Shown one piece after another: positions 1-18,663 of a DNA stretch of 64,000 nucleotides. Both the position numbers and the translations under genes were made by a program. The notes beneath the pieces were generated by a model. The model did not search any database. It was not told the origin of the DNA and worked only from the letters and a program-made list of their open reading frames with translations. Position 1 is the stretch's first letter. Each line of letters opens with the position of its first letter. Source of the DNA: Mobula hypostoma (Eukaryota); the NCBI RefSeq assembly GCF_963921235.1, contig NC_086097.1, forward strand, positions 73,658,001 to 73,722,000. The letters are read 5' to 3'.

Positions 1-117
1 CGTATATCTAAACAGTTTTCTCATTTATGAGTTTGGATAACTGTTTTATATCAAGATTACAGGATTTCTTAACATCATTTCCAGTACACAAGCATAAAGG
101 AGACTGAAATATTACTC

Positions 118-725
118 CTGAGAAAGCTAAAGAAATTTGGCCTGATCCCTAAAACCCTCACTAATTTTTATAGATGCACCGCAGAAAGCATTCTTCTAGG
201 GTGCATCACAACCTGGTATGGAAGTTGTCCTGTCCAAGACCAGAAGCTGCAGAAGAACGTGAATACAGACCAGCACATCACACAAACCAATCTTCCGTCC
301 TTGGACTCACTTTACACCGCACGCTTTCGGAGCAGTGCTGCCAGGATAATCAAGGACACGACCCACCCAGCCAACACGCTTTTCATCCCTCTTCCCTCCA
401 GGAGAAGGCTCAGGAGCTTGAAGACTCATACGGCTAGATTTGGGAGCAGCTTCTTTCCAACTGTGATAAGACTGCTGAACGGATCCTGACCCGGATCTGG
501 GCCGTACCCTCCAAATATCCGGACCTGCCTCTCGGTTTTTTGCACTACCTTACTTTCCCTTTTCTATTTTCTATTTATGATTTATAAGTTAAATTTTTAC
601 TATTTACTATCGATTTGTACCCCGGGGAGCGTGAAACACAGAATGAAATATCACTGTGAAGATTGTACGCTCTAGTATCAATTGTTTGGCGACAATGAAG
701 TAAAGTTAAAGTTAAAGTAAAGTTC
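118..725 (+). mobile_element. Rex1/Babar-type LINE 3' end
   Basis: Peptide IIKDTTHPANTLFIPLPSRRRLRS...SFFPTVIRLLN; (TAAAGT)n tail. Confidence 0.75.
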
Positions 726-1300
726 AATTTTGCCAGGACACGAGAACAACAAGTGGATTGATTCTCGGCCCCTTAGCGTGACTTCAGAAAATTCTTAATG
801 CAAGGAGCTAGGCTCAGACATCTTCAATTGCTTCATCAATGGTCTCTACTCAGTATTTGGTCAGAAGTGGTCATGTACACTGTACAATATTCAATTCCAC
901 TCACATTCCTCAGATATCTAAATGGTTCATATAACAGAAGCTAGACACCGTCTCCTGATGTAGTTAGCCAATTCATAATGGATCGCAGAGAGAGGCCAAT
1001 CATCACGTACTGACGTTCCCTATCTTCAACATCCTGGTTCAACTGAATACTATGGCTGCAAGTAGAAAGTAACTTAAAGAGTTTTAAAAGGTTAACTGTA
1101 TCTGTCACATGTACATTGAAGACTGAGACATCGAGGTGAATGCAGAAGGTGTGTGAGAGTTTCAGTGCTGACTGCCTGTCTTTTGATTGCTGCAGGAGAA
1201 AAAGTCTGGGAGCATCCTTTTGCTGTGTGTCTTTCTTGTGTAGTGTCCCGCTCTGTCGATGAATGTCGGTGAAATCGTAAGATGGGATCGTGGTTCTGTG

Positions 1301-1510
1301 TTTAGATTAGATTATGAGAACACTCAGTCCTCTTTTATTGTCATTTAGAAATGCATACATGCATTAAGAAATGATAGAATGTTTCTCCGGAGTGATAGCA
1401 CAGACAAACCAAAGACTAACACTGACAGAACCACATAATTATAACATATAGTTACAGCAGTGCAAAGCAATACCATAACTTGATGAAGAGCAGACCATGG
1501 GCACGGTAAA
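1301..1510 (-). mobile_element. 3' fragment of the non-autonomous element also seen at 28156-28800
   Basis: Near-identical to 28156-28375. Confidence 0.7.
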
Positions 1511-1894
1511 ATGTAAAGTTTATGGATTGAACTATTGTGTTTATGGACTGTGGTCTTTTTCAGACATGGTTTTTATATTCTGTGTTTTTTTATCACCCGT
1601 TCCTCTTCTGTTTTGTTGTGCGAGGGGGCGCAGTTGGGGGTTGATATTCTGTTAGTTTTTGTGTGGGGGGGTTGTTTTTTGGGGGAGGATCAAAGTTCCT
1701 GTTCCGTTTTATGTGGGAAGAGGTTGTTTTGAGGGTGTTGGTGTTGATGATTGGGATGCTGTTGTTTTTTATATGGGTGGCGGGTGATATTTCTCTCAGA
1801 ATGACTTTAATGTTCTTTTTTTTTGTTTTTGTGGCTACAAATTTACGAGTTGTATATGGATACATACTTTGATAATAAATGAATTAAAAGGAAT

Positions 1895-2120
1895 GAAAAA
1901 TGAAATGTGTTGTTTACATCAAATCAATTCAGCAAGAATCGTGCTGGGCAGCCCACAAGTTTCACCACGCTTCCAGTGGCAACATAGCATGCCCTCAGCC
2001 TACTAACTCCAACCATATGGGAGGAAACCAGAGCACCAGGAGAAAACAGGAAGAAAGTACAAACCCCGTACAGGTAGCAGCAGGAATCCCTGTCTTACAG
2101 CTAGCACTGTAATAGTGTTA
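1895..2120 (-). mobile_element. HE1-like SINE fragment
   Basis: gggaggaaaccagagcacc core; reverse-complement similarity to 33955-34255. Confidence 0.55.
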
Positions 2121-2297
2121 CCTTTCTAGCATCCATAAGACAGAAATCAGGAGTAATCTTGTCACTTGCTTAAAAAGATGTGAAGAAGTTTAAAATCATC
2201 TAGGATAAGGTAGGCCGCACACCTGATGTGACCTGGATTCATTATGTATATTAATATCATTACATGGCAGCACCCTGCTAAGTCTTCTTCAACAGCA

Positions 2298-2590
2298 CTT
2301 CTTCTCCTTCTTCTTAAGCCTTTCACCCCCACTGGGGAATAGGCTGCCAACAGCAGTGCACCATAGCCCTCCGTCCTGGGCCATAAGTTGTTCAGCCCTA
2401 TTGCTTCCTCTTTCACCTCATGATTTCATACGTCTTCTGGGCAAAGAGCCTTCCTCTCCCAGGGATGAGGTCTTTGAGCTTCTGTTGGTGTTTCTGTAGC
2501 ACTGGGATTTTATGGGATGGGACTGCTGGCCCCATGTCCAACCCTCCACTTTTCACAGTCAGGTTTGGGACCGCCCATAGCACAGTTTAA
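2298..2590 (-). mobile_element. RTE-type non-autonomous element with (AAG)n tail
   Basis: cttctccttcttcttaagcc terminus; related plus-strand copy at 19950-20190. Confidence 0.45.
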
Positions 2591-3404
2591 AAACACCTCA
2601 TGAGCCAATAACTCTACTTCCTTCTGACAACCTCAAGTAGCATGAAGATGGGATTCCTCGCCTGCAAATATAATGACATTTTTTCAGTGCCAGTTGTTTA
2701 AAATCTTGCAACACCCAACACCCTATTCTTTAGAGGTTCTTTGCCACCTAGAACACAAGAGTTCAAGTTTGCAACTCGTTCTCAGACAATAAGAGTTGGC
2801 CAAAAATGCTGGCTATATCCAGGTTGCCTGCATTCATAGAATAATTATTTTTATAGATGCCTTTACTTGCATTGCATATCTAATTCAATACTTTGCCTCC
2901 ATGGTTTCCTTGCCCCATCACTGCACTATGTAATAATTCATGGCAATGTCATCAGGAGCATCATAATAATAACTTTTGCAGATTATAAATATTTCAGATT
3001 TATTACCAATGAACCAATTATTTATTGCAGTTCTGAAGTTCTCTTCAAAACTTGTCTCAGGTGCATGGTACCTAATCATTTCAGGAAATAAGCCGGGTCT
3101 TTGTTATTCAATTGTGTGAATACAGTATCAGTAAAGCAAACGAACCAAAGAATTCAAATGGAATAATAAAGTTCACTTTTTAATGTCCCAGAATTTAATT
3201 ATCCCTTTCTCTTTCTCTCTCTCTCCTCCCCATATGAATGCATCAATGAAAACCAGCTGCTTTAGCTATTCTATTCAAACAGCATCTTAAATAGGACACC
3301 TTTTATTGTTATACATTGGAAGAAGTAGGGACATTCTGTATTACAAGCTTGGATGAGACAACTGACTTAAACTTTACTGGCTGAGAATTCCACAAAGTCA
3401 GTTC

Positions 3405-3935
3405 CGAATCAGAATCAGAATCAGGTTTATTCCCGCTGTCTTCCATGAAGTGAAATCAGTTGTTTCTTGGCAGCAAAACAATATTAATACATAAAATTAC
3501 TGCAATGAAAAGGAATAATGAGGTAGTGCTCATGGGTTCATGGACTATTCAGAAATCTGATAACTGAGGGGAAGAATCTGTTCCTGAATAGTCAAGTGTG
3601 GACCTTCAGGATTTTGTATCTCATCCCAGAAGAAAGCTTGTCACAGGTACTGAGGGCCCTTAATGATGAGTGCTATCTTCTTAAGACACCATATCTTATA
3701 GATATCCTTGATGGTGGAGAGGGTTATTGACTCCTGTGGTACACAGGTGACATGTTGGTGGTAGTTTGTCAAAGACTTCTTCCAGCTGGGCTGGTTGAAG
3801 TCCCCTCGAGTGACTAGGAGGGCATCAGAGTGTGTTATCCCTTGACTGTTGGCCACTGTGCTCAGATCCTCCAGTGCCAGCTTGACATTTGCCTGAGTGG
3901 AATGGACACTGCAACCAGGATGATGGATCAGCATA
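3405..3935 (-). mobile_element. Rex1/Babar LINE remnants (tail and APE endonuclease piece)
   Basis: (TCAGAA)n tail; peptide GDFNQ...YHQHVTC. Confidence 0.6.
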
Positions 3936-3939
3936 TAGA

Positions 3940-4830
3940 TATCTGGCTGAATGAAGCCACAACAACAACCACAATGTTAGCAAAATGAAGGAGCTGATTA
4001 TTGATACAGGAGGATGAAACCAAAGGTTCATGAGCCAGTCCTCATCAGGGGATCAGAGGTGGAGAGGGTCAGTAATTATAAATTCCCTAGCTTTATCATT
4101 TCAGAGGATCTGTCCTGGGTCCAGAATGTAACCAGCATTATAAAAGAGGCATGGCAGCACCTCTACTTTCTTAGAAGTCTTCTGAAACTTTGGCAAACTT
4201 TTATCAGCATGTGGTGAAGAGCATACTGACTGGTTGCACCATGGCTTGCTATGGGAGCACTTGAATGGAAAGTCCTATGAAAAGTAGTGGATATGGCCCA
4301 GTCCTTCACAGGGAAAGCCCTCCCCACCACCGAAACGCCTCTACAAGAATCACTGTCACAGGAAAGCGGCATCCATCATCAAGGACCCCTACCATTCAGA
4401 CCATGCTCACTTCCCGCTGCTGCCTCAGGAAGGAGGTACAGGGCTCTCACCTCCCACACTATCAGATTCAAGAACAGTTAATTACCTTTCACCATCAGGC
4501 TTTTGAACCAGAGGGAATAATCCACTCAACTTCACTCACTCCAACCTGAACTGGTTCCACAACCTATGGACTCACTTTCAAGCACTCTGCAACTCATATT
4601 CTCAATATTTATTGGTTATTTTATTATTATTTTTCCTCTTTCTGTATTTGTACTATTGGTTGTCTTTTTCACATTGTTTGTTTGCCCATCTTTGTTATGA
4701 GCAGTTTTGCATTTAGTCTGTTGTGATTTTTTGTATTTACTGTGAATGCTTGCAAGAAGATGAATCTCCGGATAGCATATGGTGACATACAGTGTATGTA
4801 TTTTTATCATGAATTTACTTTGAACTTTGA
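3940..4830 (+). mobile_element. Rex1/Babar LINE 3' fragment
   Basis: EVERVSNYKF...EDLSW...LYFLRSL; SGRRYR; (ACTTTGA)n tail. Confidence 0.78.
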
Positions 4831-5607
4831 TGGTAGAGAACTCCCTTGGCAGATAGGTCTACATTTCACTGTCAGATGTTTCAGGTCGAGGGAGCAGTAC
4901 TGAGACGGAGCCACTATATCTATGCACCACAATTAATTAATCACCATTAATTTCCAGTTGACATGTTCATTTCTCAGAAAGCAAGATCTTTTTTAGAAAT
5001 TTTGTAAATACATTTTGTTTTCTAGCAAAATCCCCAGAGATAAATCAATCCCCAAATCCTTTCCTTGAGCAAAACGACAGTCTAAAATTCAACAGCTCAG
5101 TTGTTTTTGTACTCAATTCTAAAGGAATATATGGGTCAATATCTATTTACGTTATGAAAAGCATTTTCTTTGAATTAATTCCAGTTGATAGCACTGCTTG
5201 AATTGACTTTAAAACTGTAATTTTGATGTGTTCCTGCTTTATAATCCTTTGTTGTTTGAAATTATTTCTATCCTGCCAAGCCAGGAATTACAATATGCTG
5301 CTTTGAATGCTTCTGTATTTAAACCTAACTCTAACATAACTTAGACATTACACAAATGAAGAGGAAATACAATTGACAGTAGAGTTCATTCTCAGTAAAT
5401 TGAGAAAGAAAGGTGCAGTGGTCACTTGTAGCTTGAAGGGCACAGTTTGAAATCTGTGGCAAGATGGTTGCTGTTGTTGGGAAAATTTACTACTGTGCAG
5501 GTTACTGAGCCCATTGTGTCAGTGCTGGTTCCTCCCTTTAGTGCTAGGCCAATGCATTGCTACTCATGGTCCTTCAAGTATATGACCATACCCTTTATCT
5601 TTTTAAA

Positions 5608-5900
5608 TGGGTGGCATGGTAGCATAGTGGTTAACACCACTTGTTTACGGTGCTTGCTATAAGATCTCAGTTCAATTCCCACTGCTATCTGCAAGGAATC
5701 TACCCATGATGTGTAGGTTTTTCTCCAGGCTCTTCGGCTTCCTTCCACATTCCAAAGACCTACAGTTTGGGTTAGTGAGACAGAGGCATGCACTATTGGT
5801 GGGCTGATCAGCACAATCCTCACTGATTTGATTTGATGCAAAAGATACATTTTACTGCATGTTTTAATGCACATGTGACAAATAAAGCTAATCTTCTTCT
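5608..5900 (+). mobile_element. tRNA-derived HE1-like SINE
   Basis: A-box-like ggtagcatagtggtt, B-box-like gttcaattccc, ttcggcttccttccacattccaaagac core. Confidence 0.7.
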
Positions 5901-6887
5901 TCTTAAACGTAATCATGGTTTCTGTCTTAAATAATCTCTTTGGATCTCTACCAGCCTCAGCCCTTCACTCTTTCTACAATGCTCTCTGTTTTACAACCTC
6001 CTGAATAAGGAAACAGGTTTTTCCTGTTTATTCTATTTCGGCCTCTCATCATTTTACACACCCCCGTTGTCCTCCCTTAGCCCCTCTATTCTGAAGAAAG
6101 CAACCCGAGCTTACTTTATCCTTCCTTGCTGCAAAAATTTTCCAGTCCTGGCCACATTCTAATAAATATCTTCTGCATTCAGACAGGTACAATTATATTG
6201 ATCCTGTCTCATGGAGACCAGAAGTCTAACCAGTGGTCTAATCAGTGCTGTGCAGTTTTAATAGAACTTCCTTGCTCTTATATTCTACGCCTTGTTTAAT
6301 AAAGGAAAGAATCCCATCTGCCTTTATAGCCACACTGCTGATCTGTAAGATTATGTGGATATTCCTTCAAAGATTCTTTACTTTTCCTCCACACCACCCA
6401 ATATTTTATTGCTGTTCTTCACTTCCCCAAACACATTATCTCATATTTGTCTGGGTTAAATTCTATTTATGATTTTTCTCTTTAACTGACCAAACCTACT
6501 ATATTTATATCTTCTTGCAATCTAAATCTTTCTTCCTATTGTCAAATAAGCAGTCAATTTTTCTATTACCCCCAGACATCTTTATCATGCTCTCTACATT
6601 CAGATCCATGTTGCTAATATTCATTATATAAAGAAGATTTATGGAACCCCACTTATGTTATGTTATGACGAATTGTGTACATTCATTAGATTCTGGCATG
6701 GCATTATCTGTACTGTAGTGTGTGCCTGATTCCCTGACTAATGTGAATTGGGAATGTACAAATTCACTGCATGCAGCTGAGAATGATACCAGGGAATACT
6801 GGAAATTATTTAGCAAAAAGCTATTGTTCCATTGAAAATTATTAGCCTGGGATTATCTTGCATTAGCCGACAAGGTAACAATCTTAA

Positions 6888-7440
6888 GGTTGTTACAGCA
6901 GAGGAGGTTATGGCGGCGGGGCAAGCTCCCACAACCTATTAAATGCTCCCAGTGGTGTGCGCCTCAAGTAGCCTCTGACAACCAAGTCCAGCTCCTGGCC
7001 TTCATGTGTAGTTTAGCTACTAAGCTCAGCGGAATCATTTCTACTGACAGGAGAATGGGCAAAGGTGGGTTACTGGTGCCTTGAAACCAGTCATTTCGGG
7101 CAGATGGAGCTCATCTAGAAGAAAAACTCTGATCTTAAACCTCCACTGCTTTGTAGTTATACCCACTCATGGGGAAGGCTTTGGGAATAAACCCCGAGGG
7201 AAAAATCCAGAACTGGAGTCCCTAAGGCAGTCCTACATTGACTTCAATGCTGACTGGCAACTCCTGCAACGCTGCAGGTACCAAATTGTAATGGTCTCTG
7301 CCGTTCCATTCCGTTCATCAGATGCTTGGGGGGGGAGATTTCTACATGGGCAACAACTTGCATATCTTACTGCCCTGGCTTGTGTTTCTATTCAAATGGT
7401 ACACAATATCCATAGTCAACTCTGACTGACAGAGGCCTCA
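6888..7440 (+). mobile_element. Probable RTE-related repeat (5' region)
   Basis: GC-richer block resembling RTE-type 5' UTRs; family assignment from recall only. Confidence 0.35.
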
Positions 7441-7589
7441 GACCAGACATGACAAAGCAGGGGTTCTGTTTGTTTCTTCTGCTCTATTCTAGATGAAGCT
7501 GTTTCTTTTTCCTGAACTCATGATGAACAAACACTTAAAACAGATTGCTTCATGAATAGATTCTCTTTTGTAAACTTTGAAACTTTGAC

Positions 7590-9578
7590 TTCATGAAAAC
7601 CTGTGTGGATGAGTGTGTGCCCAGAAAGACTTACTGCACATTCCCAAACCAAAAGCCGTGGATGAACCAGGAGGTACGTCGTCTGCTGAAGACTAGATCT
7701 GAGGCATTCAAGTCTGGCGACCCAGGCCTGTACCAGAAAACCAGGTATGATTTGTGGAGAGCTGTTTCAAGGGCGAAGAGACAATTTCGAATGAGGTTGG
7801 AGGTGACATCAGATGCACAACAACTCTGGCAGAGTTTGCAAGATATTACTTCCTGCAAAGCGAAACCCAATAGCATGAATGGCAGCGATGTTTCACTACC
7901 AGATGAACTCAACTTCTTCTATGCACGCTTTGAAAGGGAGAACACAACTACAGCTTTGAAGATCCCTGCTGCACCTGATGACCCTGTGATCTCGTCTCAG
8001 TGGCCAATGTTAGGCTGCCTTTAAAGAGAGTAAACCCTCATAAGGTGGAACGTCCCGATGGAGTACCTGGTAAAGCTCTGAAAGCTTGTGACAACAAACT
8101 AGCGGGAGTATTCAAGGACATTTTCTACGTCTCACTGCAACGGGTGGAAGTTCCCATTGCTTCAAAAAGGCAACAATTATACTAATGCCTAAGAAGAATA
8201 ATGCGGGCTGCCTTAATGACTATCGCCCAGTAGCACTCACATCGATAGTGATGAAATGCATTGAGAGGTTGGTCATGAGTAGACTGAACTCCTGTCTCAG
8301 CAAGTACCTGGACCCATTGCAATTTGCCTATCACCGCAATGGGTCAACAGCAGACACAATCTCAATGGCTCACCACACGGATTTAGACCACCTGAACAGA
8401 ACAAACACCTATGTCAGGATGCTGTTCATCGACTGTAGCTCAGCACTTAATACCATCATTCCCACAATCCTCAATCCTGATTGAGAAATTGCAGAACCTG
8501 GGCCTCTGTACCTCCCTCTGCAACTGGAATCTCGACTTCCTAACCAGAAGACCACAATTTGTGCAGATTAGTGATAACATATCTTCTTCACTGACGATCA
8601 ACACTGGCGCACCTCAGGGGTGTGTGCTTAGCCCACTGCTCTACTCTCTGTATACCCATGACTGTGTGGCTAGGCATAGCTCAAATACCATCTATAAATT
8701 TGCTGACGATACAACCGTAGTTGGTAGAATCTCAGGTGGTGACGAGAGGGCGTACAGGAGTGAGATATGCCAACTAGTGGAATGGTGCCGCAGCAACAAC
8801 CTATCACTCAACGAAAGAGCTGATTGTGGACTTCAGGAAGGGTAAGACGAAGGAACTCATACCAATCCTCATAGAGGGATCAGAATTGGAGAGAGTGAGC
8901 AGCTTCAAGTTCCTGGGTGTCAAGATCCCTGAGGATCTAACCTCGTCTCAACATGTCGATGTAGTTATAACGAAGGTAAGACAGCAGCTATACTTTATTA
9001 GGAGTTTGAAGAGATTTGGTATGTCAACAAATACACTCAAAAACTTCTATAGTTGTACTGTGGAGAGCATTCTGACAGGCTGCATCACTGTCTGGTATGG
9101 GGGAGGGTGTGTGGGGGCTACTACACAGGACCGAAAGACGCTGCAGAAGGTTGTAAATCTAGTCAGCTCCATCTTGGGTACTAGCCTACAAAGTACCCAG
9201 GACATCTTTAGGGAGCAGTGTCTCAGAAAGGCAGTGTTCATTATTAAGGACCTCCAGCACCCAGGGCGTGACCTTTTCTCACTGTTACCATCAGGTAGGA
9301 GGTACAGAAGCCTGAAATCACACACTTAGCGATTCAGGAACAGCTTCCGATTCCTAAATGGACATTGAATCTTTGGACACTACCTCATTTTTTTTTAAAT
9401 ATACAGTATTTCTGTTTTTGCACATTTACAAAAATCAATTCAACATATGTAATTGATTTACTTGTTTATTTATTAATTTTTTTTTCTAGGCTAGGTTATG
9501 TATTGCATTGAACTGCTGCTGCTAAGTTAACAAATTTCACGTCATATGCCGGTGATAATAAACCTGATTCTGATTCTG
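7590..9578 (+). mobile_element. Rex1/Babar LINE, 5'-truncated, frameshifted reverse transcriptase
   Basis: [45 protein letters not shown]; (CTGATT)n tail. Confidence 0.92.
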
Positions 9579-9599
9579 GACCACATTTTCCTTAATCTG

Positions 9600-10040
9600 T
9601 TGGCAGCATATATAATAAAAAAAACATCAGCTCCCACTTTGTCACAATGGTTCTCTCAAGTGATGCTATGTCTTAGTTTGGAGAAAATTAGAAGTCGAAC
9701 CTTTGAACCTATATTTGATTTTGAGAAAAGATGGGGTTCATTTGCTCGTTATTATCATTTGAGTTAATTGATAGATTTCCTCCATGATCTAATCGTAAAT
9801 TTTTAGTACATTTTTCTTTCTTGCTGGCCGTTTGATGATTATCTTTAGAAGCTTTTTGTATATCGCATGGCTCCAGGGTTGAACATCTAATGGGATTTTT
9901 CTGCTCACCTTTTCTTGCTTAGTAGGGTATTTTTATTATCACCAAAATTTTTTTTCAATCTTTAAAATAAAGTCTTTTTTTCTTGAGACATTGTAAGTGT
10001 TGCTTACTTCAATGTACTCGTGTTAATTTTGAATAATAAT
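9600..10040 (+). mobile_element. L1/Tx1-type LINE 3' end with poly(A)
   Basis: APTLSQWFSQVMLCLSLEKIR...FEKRWGSF; aataaagatt followed by poly(A). Confidence 0.65.
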
Positions 10041-11497
10041 AAAGATTAAAAAAAAAACAAGTGTAATATCTACACTCCAGCTGGCATCGACCTCATGACC
10101 AAAATTGCCATTATTCCTATGGCAGTTTGAACCTGTGACAGCAGCCATGTGTAAACAGGGGAAGCCCCAGTTATGAAGCTGGTGATAAAAATTTGACATT
10201 CAACTAAGCTGTTGCCTCTGATTCTGCAGATTCCCGAGTTGTAAACATTTTGAATGGTCTTAATATCTCCAATATTCAAAGATGTTTTAACATTATTAAA
10301 GAACAATAAATTATTTTTTTAAAAAATTGGATATTAAAAAATACCAAAATAAATTAAAATCCTTAAAACACAAAGCAATTAACAACAGTTAACTCAACGA
10401 TGTCCCCAGGTATTGAAAATGCATTAAAAATTAAAATAAAAATATGTAACTTCCCTTGTATTTACCTTTATTCTTTCATTGTGTTCCTCTGACTGTAGGT
10501 AATACTGTATTCCTGTACTGGAATATTTTTTGTCAGGTTAATTCCCTAAGTTGAATTGCTGCAGACGCAGACTCTGTTGCTTTTCACGTCAGTAAAAACC
10601 TGGCCAGCAGTTTCAGTACTTTCAAATTAAATTGCTGATATGCAGAGATCTCAAACAGTGGAATTCATGCATGAAAGAGTCAGTGTTCCTCACAAGAATT
10701 GGGCCATTGATAAAGTTAGTACCCATGACAAGTTTACTGAATTCTCAGCTTGAACCCATGAGAAAACCAAATGATACTGTCTTAACTGCCACTGAAAGAT
10801 AATAGCAATTTGAAATGTTGGCTTCATTTCAATTTACTTGAGATTACATTATTTCACCTGCACACATTATGTTACAAAATTCAATTAAATGCTATTAGTT
10901 TGATTCCAGAAATTGACTTAATCTTAAAATGAATATTTATGCCTCTGCTAACTTCTAAGCAAACAGCATTTCATATCCCTTCTCTACATTTTTAAGAGTT
11001 CCTTTGCTCTCTAATCACATGACCCGATTTGGTTTTACACACAATATATCAATGCCCATTTTTATATTATATTTCAGAAGTAAATACAGAAACTACTGGA
11101 AATATTCTGTAGATCAGGCAACATCTATGGAGAGAGAGAAAAAGTGAATATATGCTTCAGCTTAATGAGACATTAATTGTTCCCCTTGCCAGATCTGCTG
11201 CTGATGCTCTGGGCATTTTCCTTTTTGACAATATTTTACATCAGTGTTATTATGTTGCTTAGTGCATTAAGTTACTATCACTAATGTGAATTGGAACAAA
11301 TTTGTATTGGATAATGCTTGGTTTATAGATTGGTATATGTGAGAGCAGAACTCTTAATTACAATCTAAAAAATTCCAGGGTTTTTAAGAGTAGTTGTGGC
11401 AAAAGATGTTGAGGTTGAACTATTTCTCAAGCAAGCAGCCCCCGTCCCTCAAAACCCAATTAAGACATTAATCATAGATTGCAAGTCCCGGTCTTGT

Positions 11498-11503
11498 TTT
11501 ATT
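11498..11503 (-). terminator. ACTC1 polyadenylation signal AATAAA
   Basis: About 170 nt after the stop codon, preceded by an AU-rich TATTTATTG. Confidence 0.75.
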
Positions 11504-11671
11504 CATAGATCAATAAATATTATTGTCACAAATAAATTGCACATGTGTAAACAAACTGTACAATGAAAATAGCATAAAACTATTCCGTGTTTCCCAACAG
11601 CCTGTTGATTCAAAGTAACCAGAGGCACAACCTTGTCAACCTGAGATGAATCTAAGTTAAAATCGTGATGT

Positions 11672-16802
<5,131 letters not shown>

Positions 16803-17595
16803 TCATTGACAGTGTACGGTAAAATCAACCACCCTAGATCAATGTTCCTCTGCACCGAAGGGTGCAATTTAGCTTCTCGTGTAGGTATTATTTATTTTGC
16901 TGCTAGTTGACTATTCATCTGGTTTAATTGCAAAATCATCTTCAAACAAAAACAACTGTATGGTGCAGTTGAATTACTATTAATATTTTCAGCCACGATT
17001 ATAACGGGTTGTTGGGGCTGTATGTCTCTGCTTGGCTTGGCATTCTGCCCATTGATGCCAGAAAACATAATACATCATCACTTATATTTATTATGCAAAT
17101 AATAAACGTGAGCTGAATAGTAATTTCCGTATGGGCTACTAATTCATTTAAAGTTTTAAATTCCGCAAATGGTGACTACAAGCTCATGAATAGTTACACT
17201 TCCATCATTGTGTGTAACGCTATTCCCAAAGCTCGAGAAATCTGGCTTTCGAATTCAGGAAGATTTATGTATTTGAATCTTTCCAATTCCATGGGTGAAA
17301 CCTGATCAAGTAATGTTAAGTGAAAGGATTCCCACATGACTAGCATGGAAATTAGATGATAAATTTCCCTTCTCCGAAAGAATAGACCTAATATTTAACA
17401 TAACAGTCCAAGGAGCTGTTAATCCAATCCATTTTGTTTTAGCTCCAAAGTCGTAAGGACTTTTTTAAACTCTTAAATTCGGTTAAAGCTGTGCTTAAAG
17501 TTGACACCGAAGTTTGATCGGTTTCCACTGTAAGAACTTCCCTCTCTCTCTCTCTCACCCCACCCCCGTGACTTGGATCGGTTTGGAAAACTTAC

Positions 17596-17642
17596 CAGAT
17601 CAGCACCTTCAGTCGGGGGCTCCCGTGCGTTGCTGGGTCGAG
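17596..17642 (-). other. ACTC1: ACTC1 non-coding exon 1 (5' end approximate)
   Basis: Donor CTG|gtaagt at 17596/17595; TATA box about 25-30 nt upstream of the inferred start. Confidence 0.75.
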
Positions 17643-17664
17643 ACTAAGTGTGAGGGGGACTAGG

Positions 17665-17671
17665 ATTTATA
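17665..17671 (-). promoter_or_regulatory. TATA box (TATAAAT) of ACTC1
   Basis: Plus-strand atttata, lying between CArG1 and exon 1. Confidence 0.85.
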
Positions 17672-17727
17672 TTCCCCGATGTGTTGGTGAAACAGAAAGC
17701 CCCTTGAGGGAGAGCCCGGGACCTTGT

Positions 17728-17922
17728 CCTTATTTGGTAGCTCTCACGACACTGAGCGTGTGTGAAACCATTAATGGAGAGAGCGGCTGCGGGAGGGCAG
17801 CGGGCAGTGCCTGTTCGCACTCCCAGCCGCTCCTGCCGTAGCCCATGTAAGGAGACTCTTGTTGGCAGTCTGCACATCTGAAGCGGCACAGACTGAAACA
17901 TCAAAGGCATGGCCAAATAGGG
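17728..17922 (-). promoter_or_regulatory. Four CArG (SRF) boxes: CCAAATAAGG 17728-17737, CCATTAATGG 17768-17777, CCTTACATGG 17843-17852, CCCTATTTGG 17913-17922
   Basis: Read directly on the minus strand; order and sequence match the cardiac actin CArG1-4 array as I recall it. Confidence 0.88.
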
Positions 17923-18653
17923 AATTGGAACTGAAAACATTCGTGGCTGCCGATCGGTGGGAATGTTAGGGCAAGACAGCAGTCTTAACCGCAACACGGC
18001 AGCACGGCAGACGTGTGGACGGGCGATGGAGCCATCAAGGGTCAACTGCACGTGTCTTGAGGGATAACGTTCAAACTTGTGTTTTACAATCGGAAGTAAC
18101 CTGTTGTGTTTTTCTAAATAGGGTGTAACTGGCACAAAGGCAACCATTTTGGTGCTTGTTTCATTCAAAACTTTTGAATGATCCAAGCACGTTTCAGAGC
18201 CCGCTTTGGAATGACATCAATCATTGTCGTTCAGCAATGCTGTGAGCTTATTCGGCTGTTGCTTTTGCCCGGCACGCAGGTTTTTGCATATGCAGTATTC
18301 ACACAATAATAGTTGGCGTTATGCAGAAACAACTTTCATTTAAACCGCTTCGGATTGATAACTGGTGTTTATGGACAGGGCGGGATAAAATTGGCGAGAA
18401 TTTCTCGGGGGCAGAATTTCCCTGACGGCTGAAACAACCTGGGTGGTCGTAATGACAACCCCGGGAGAGCACCTTTCAGTATTATAGTAAATGGGGATCT
18501 CTGTAATATGTCATTGGGTAGTGTGTTATTACTTGAAAATTACGTGGCCCCTATGAAAGTTACGTTAAATGTACTCATTGATAGTGGGAGGCTGGATATT
18601 CTGAAAAGCCTCAAAGCCGCGGATGTGTTGATTGAAATGTTTCAGTTTGGTCA

Positions 18654-18663
18654 CTAAAAATAG
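18654..18663 (+). promoter_or_regulatory. Perfect MEF2 site CTAAAAATAG about 1 kb upstream of ACTC1
   Basis: Exact YTA(A/T)4TAR match in repeat-poor upstream DNA. Confidence 0.45.

Noticed and set aside
5608..5690. tRNA-like A and B boxes (also at ~12930 and ~33970)
   Set aside because: SINE heads: no full cloverleaf, and followed by SINE cores.
17644..18186. 180-aa minus-strand ORF over the actin promoter
   Set aside because: It overlaps the TATA and CArG elements in GC-rich DNA and has no protein-like features; most likely chance.
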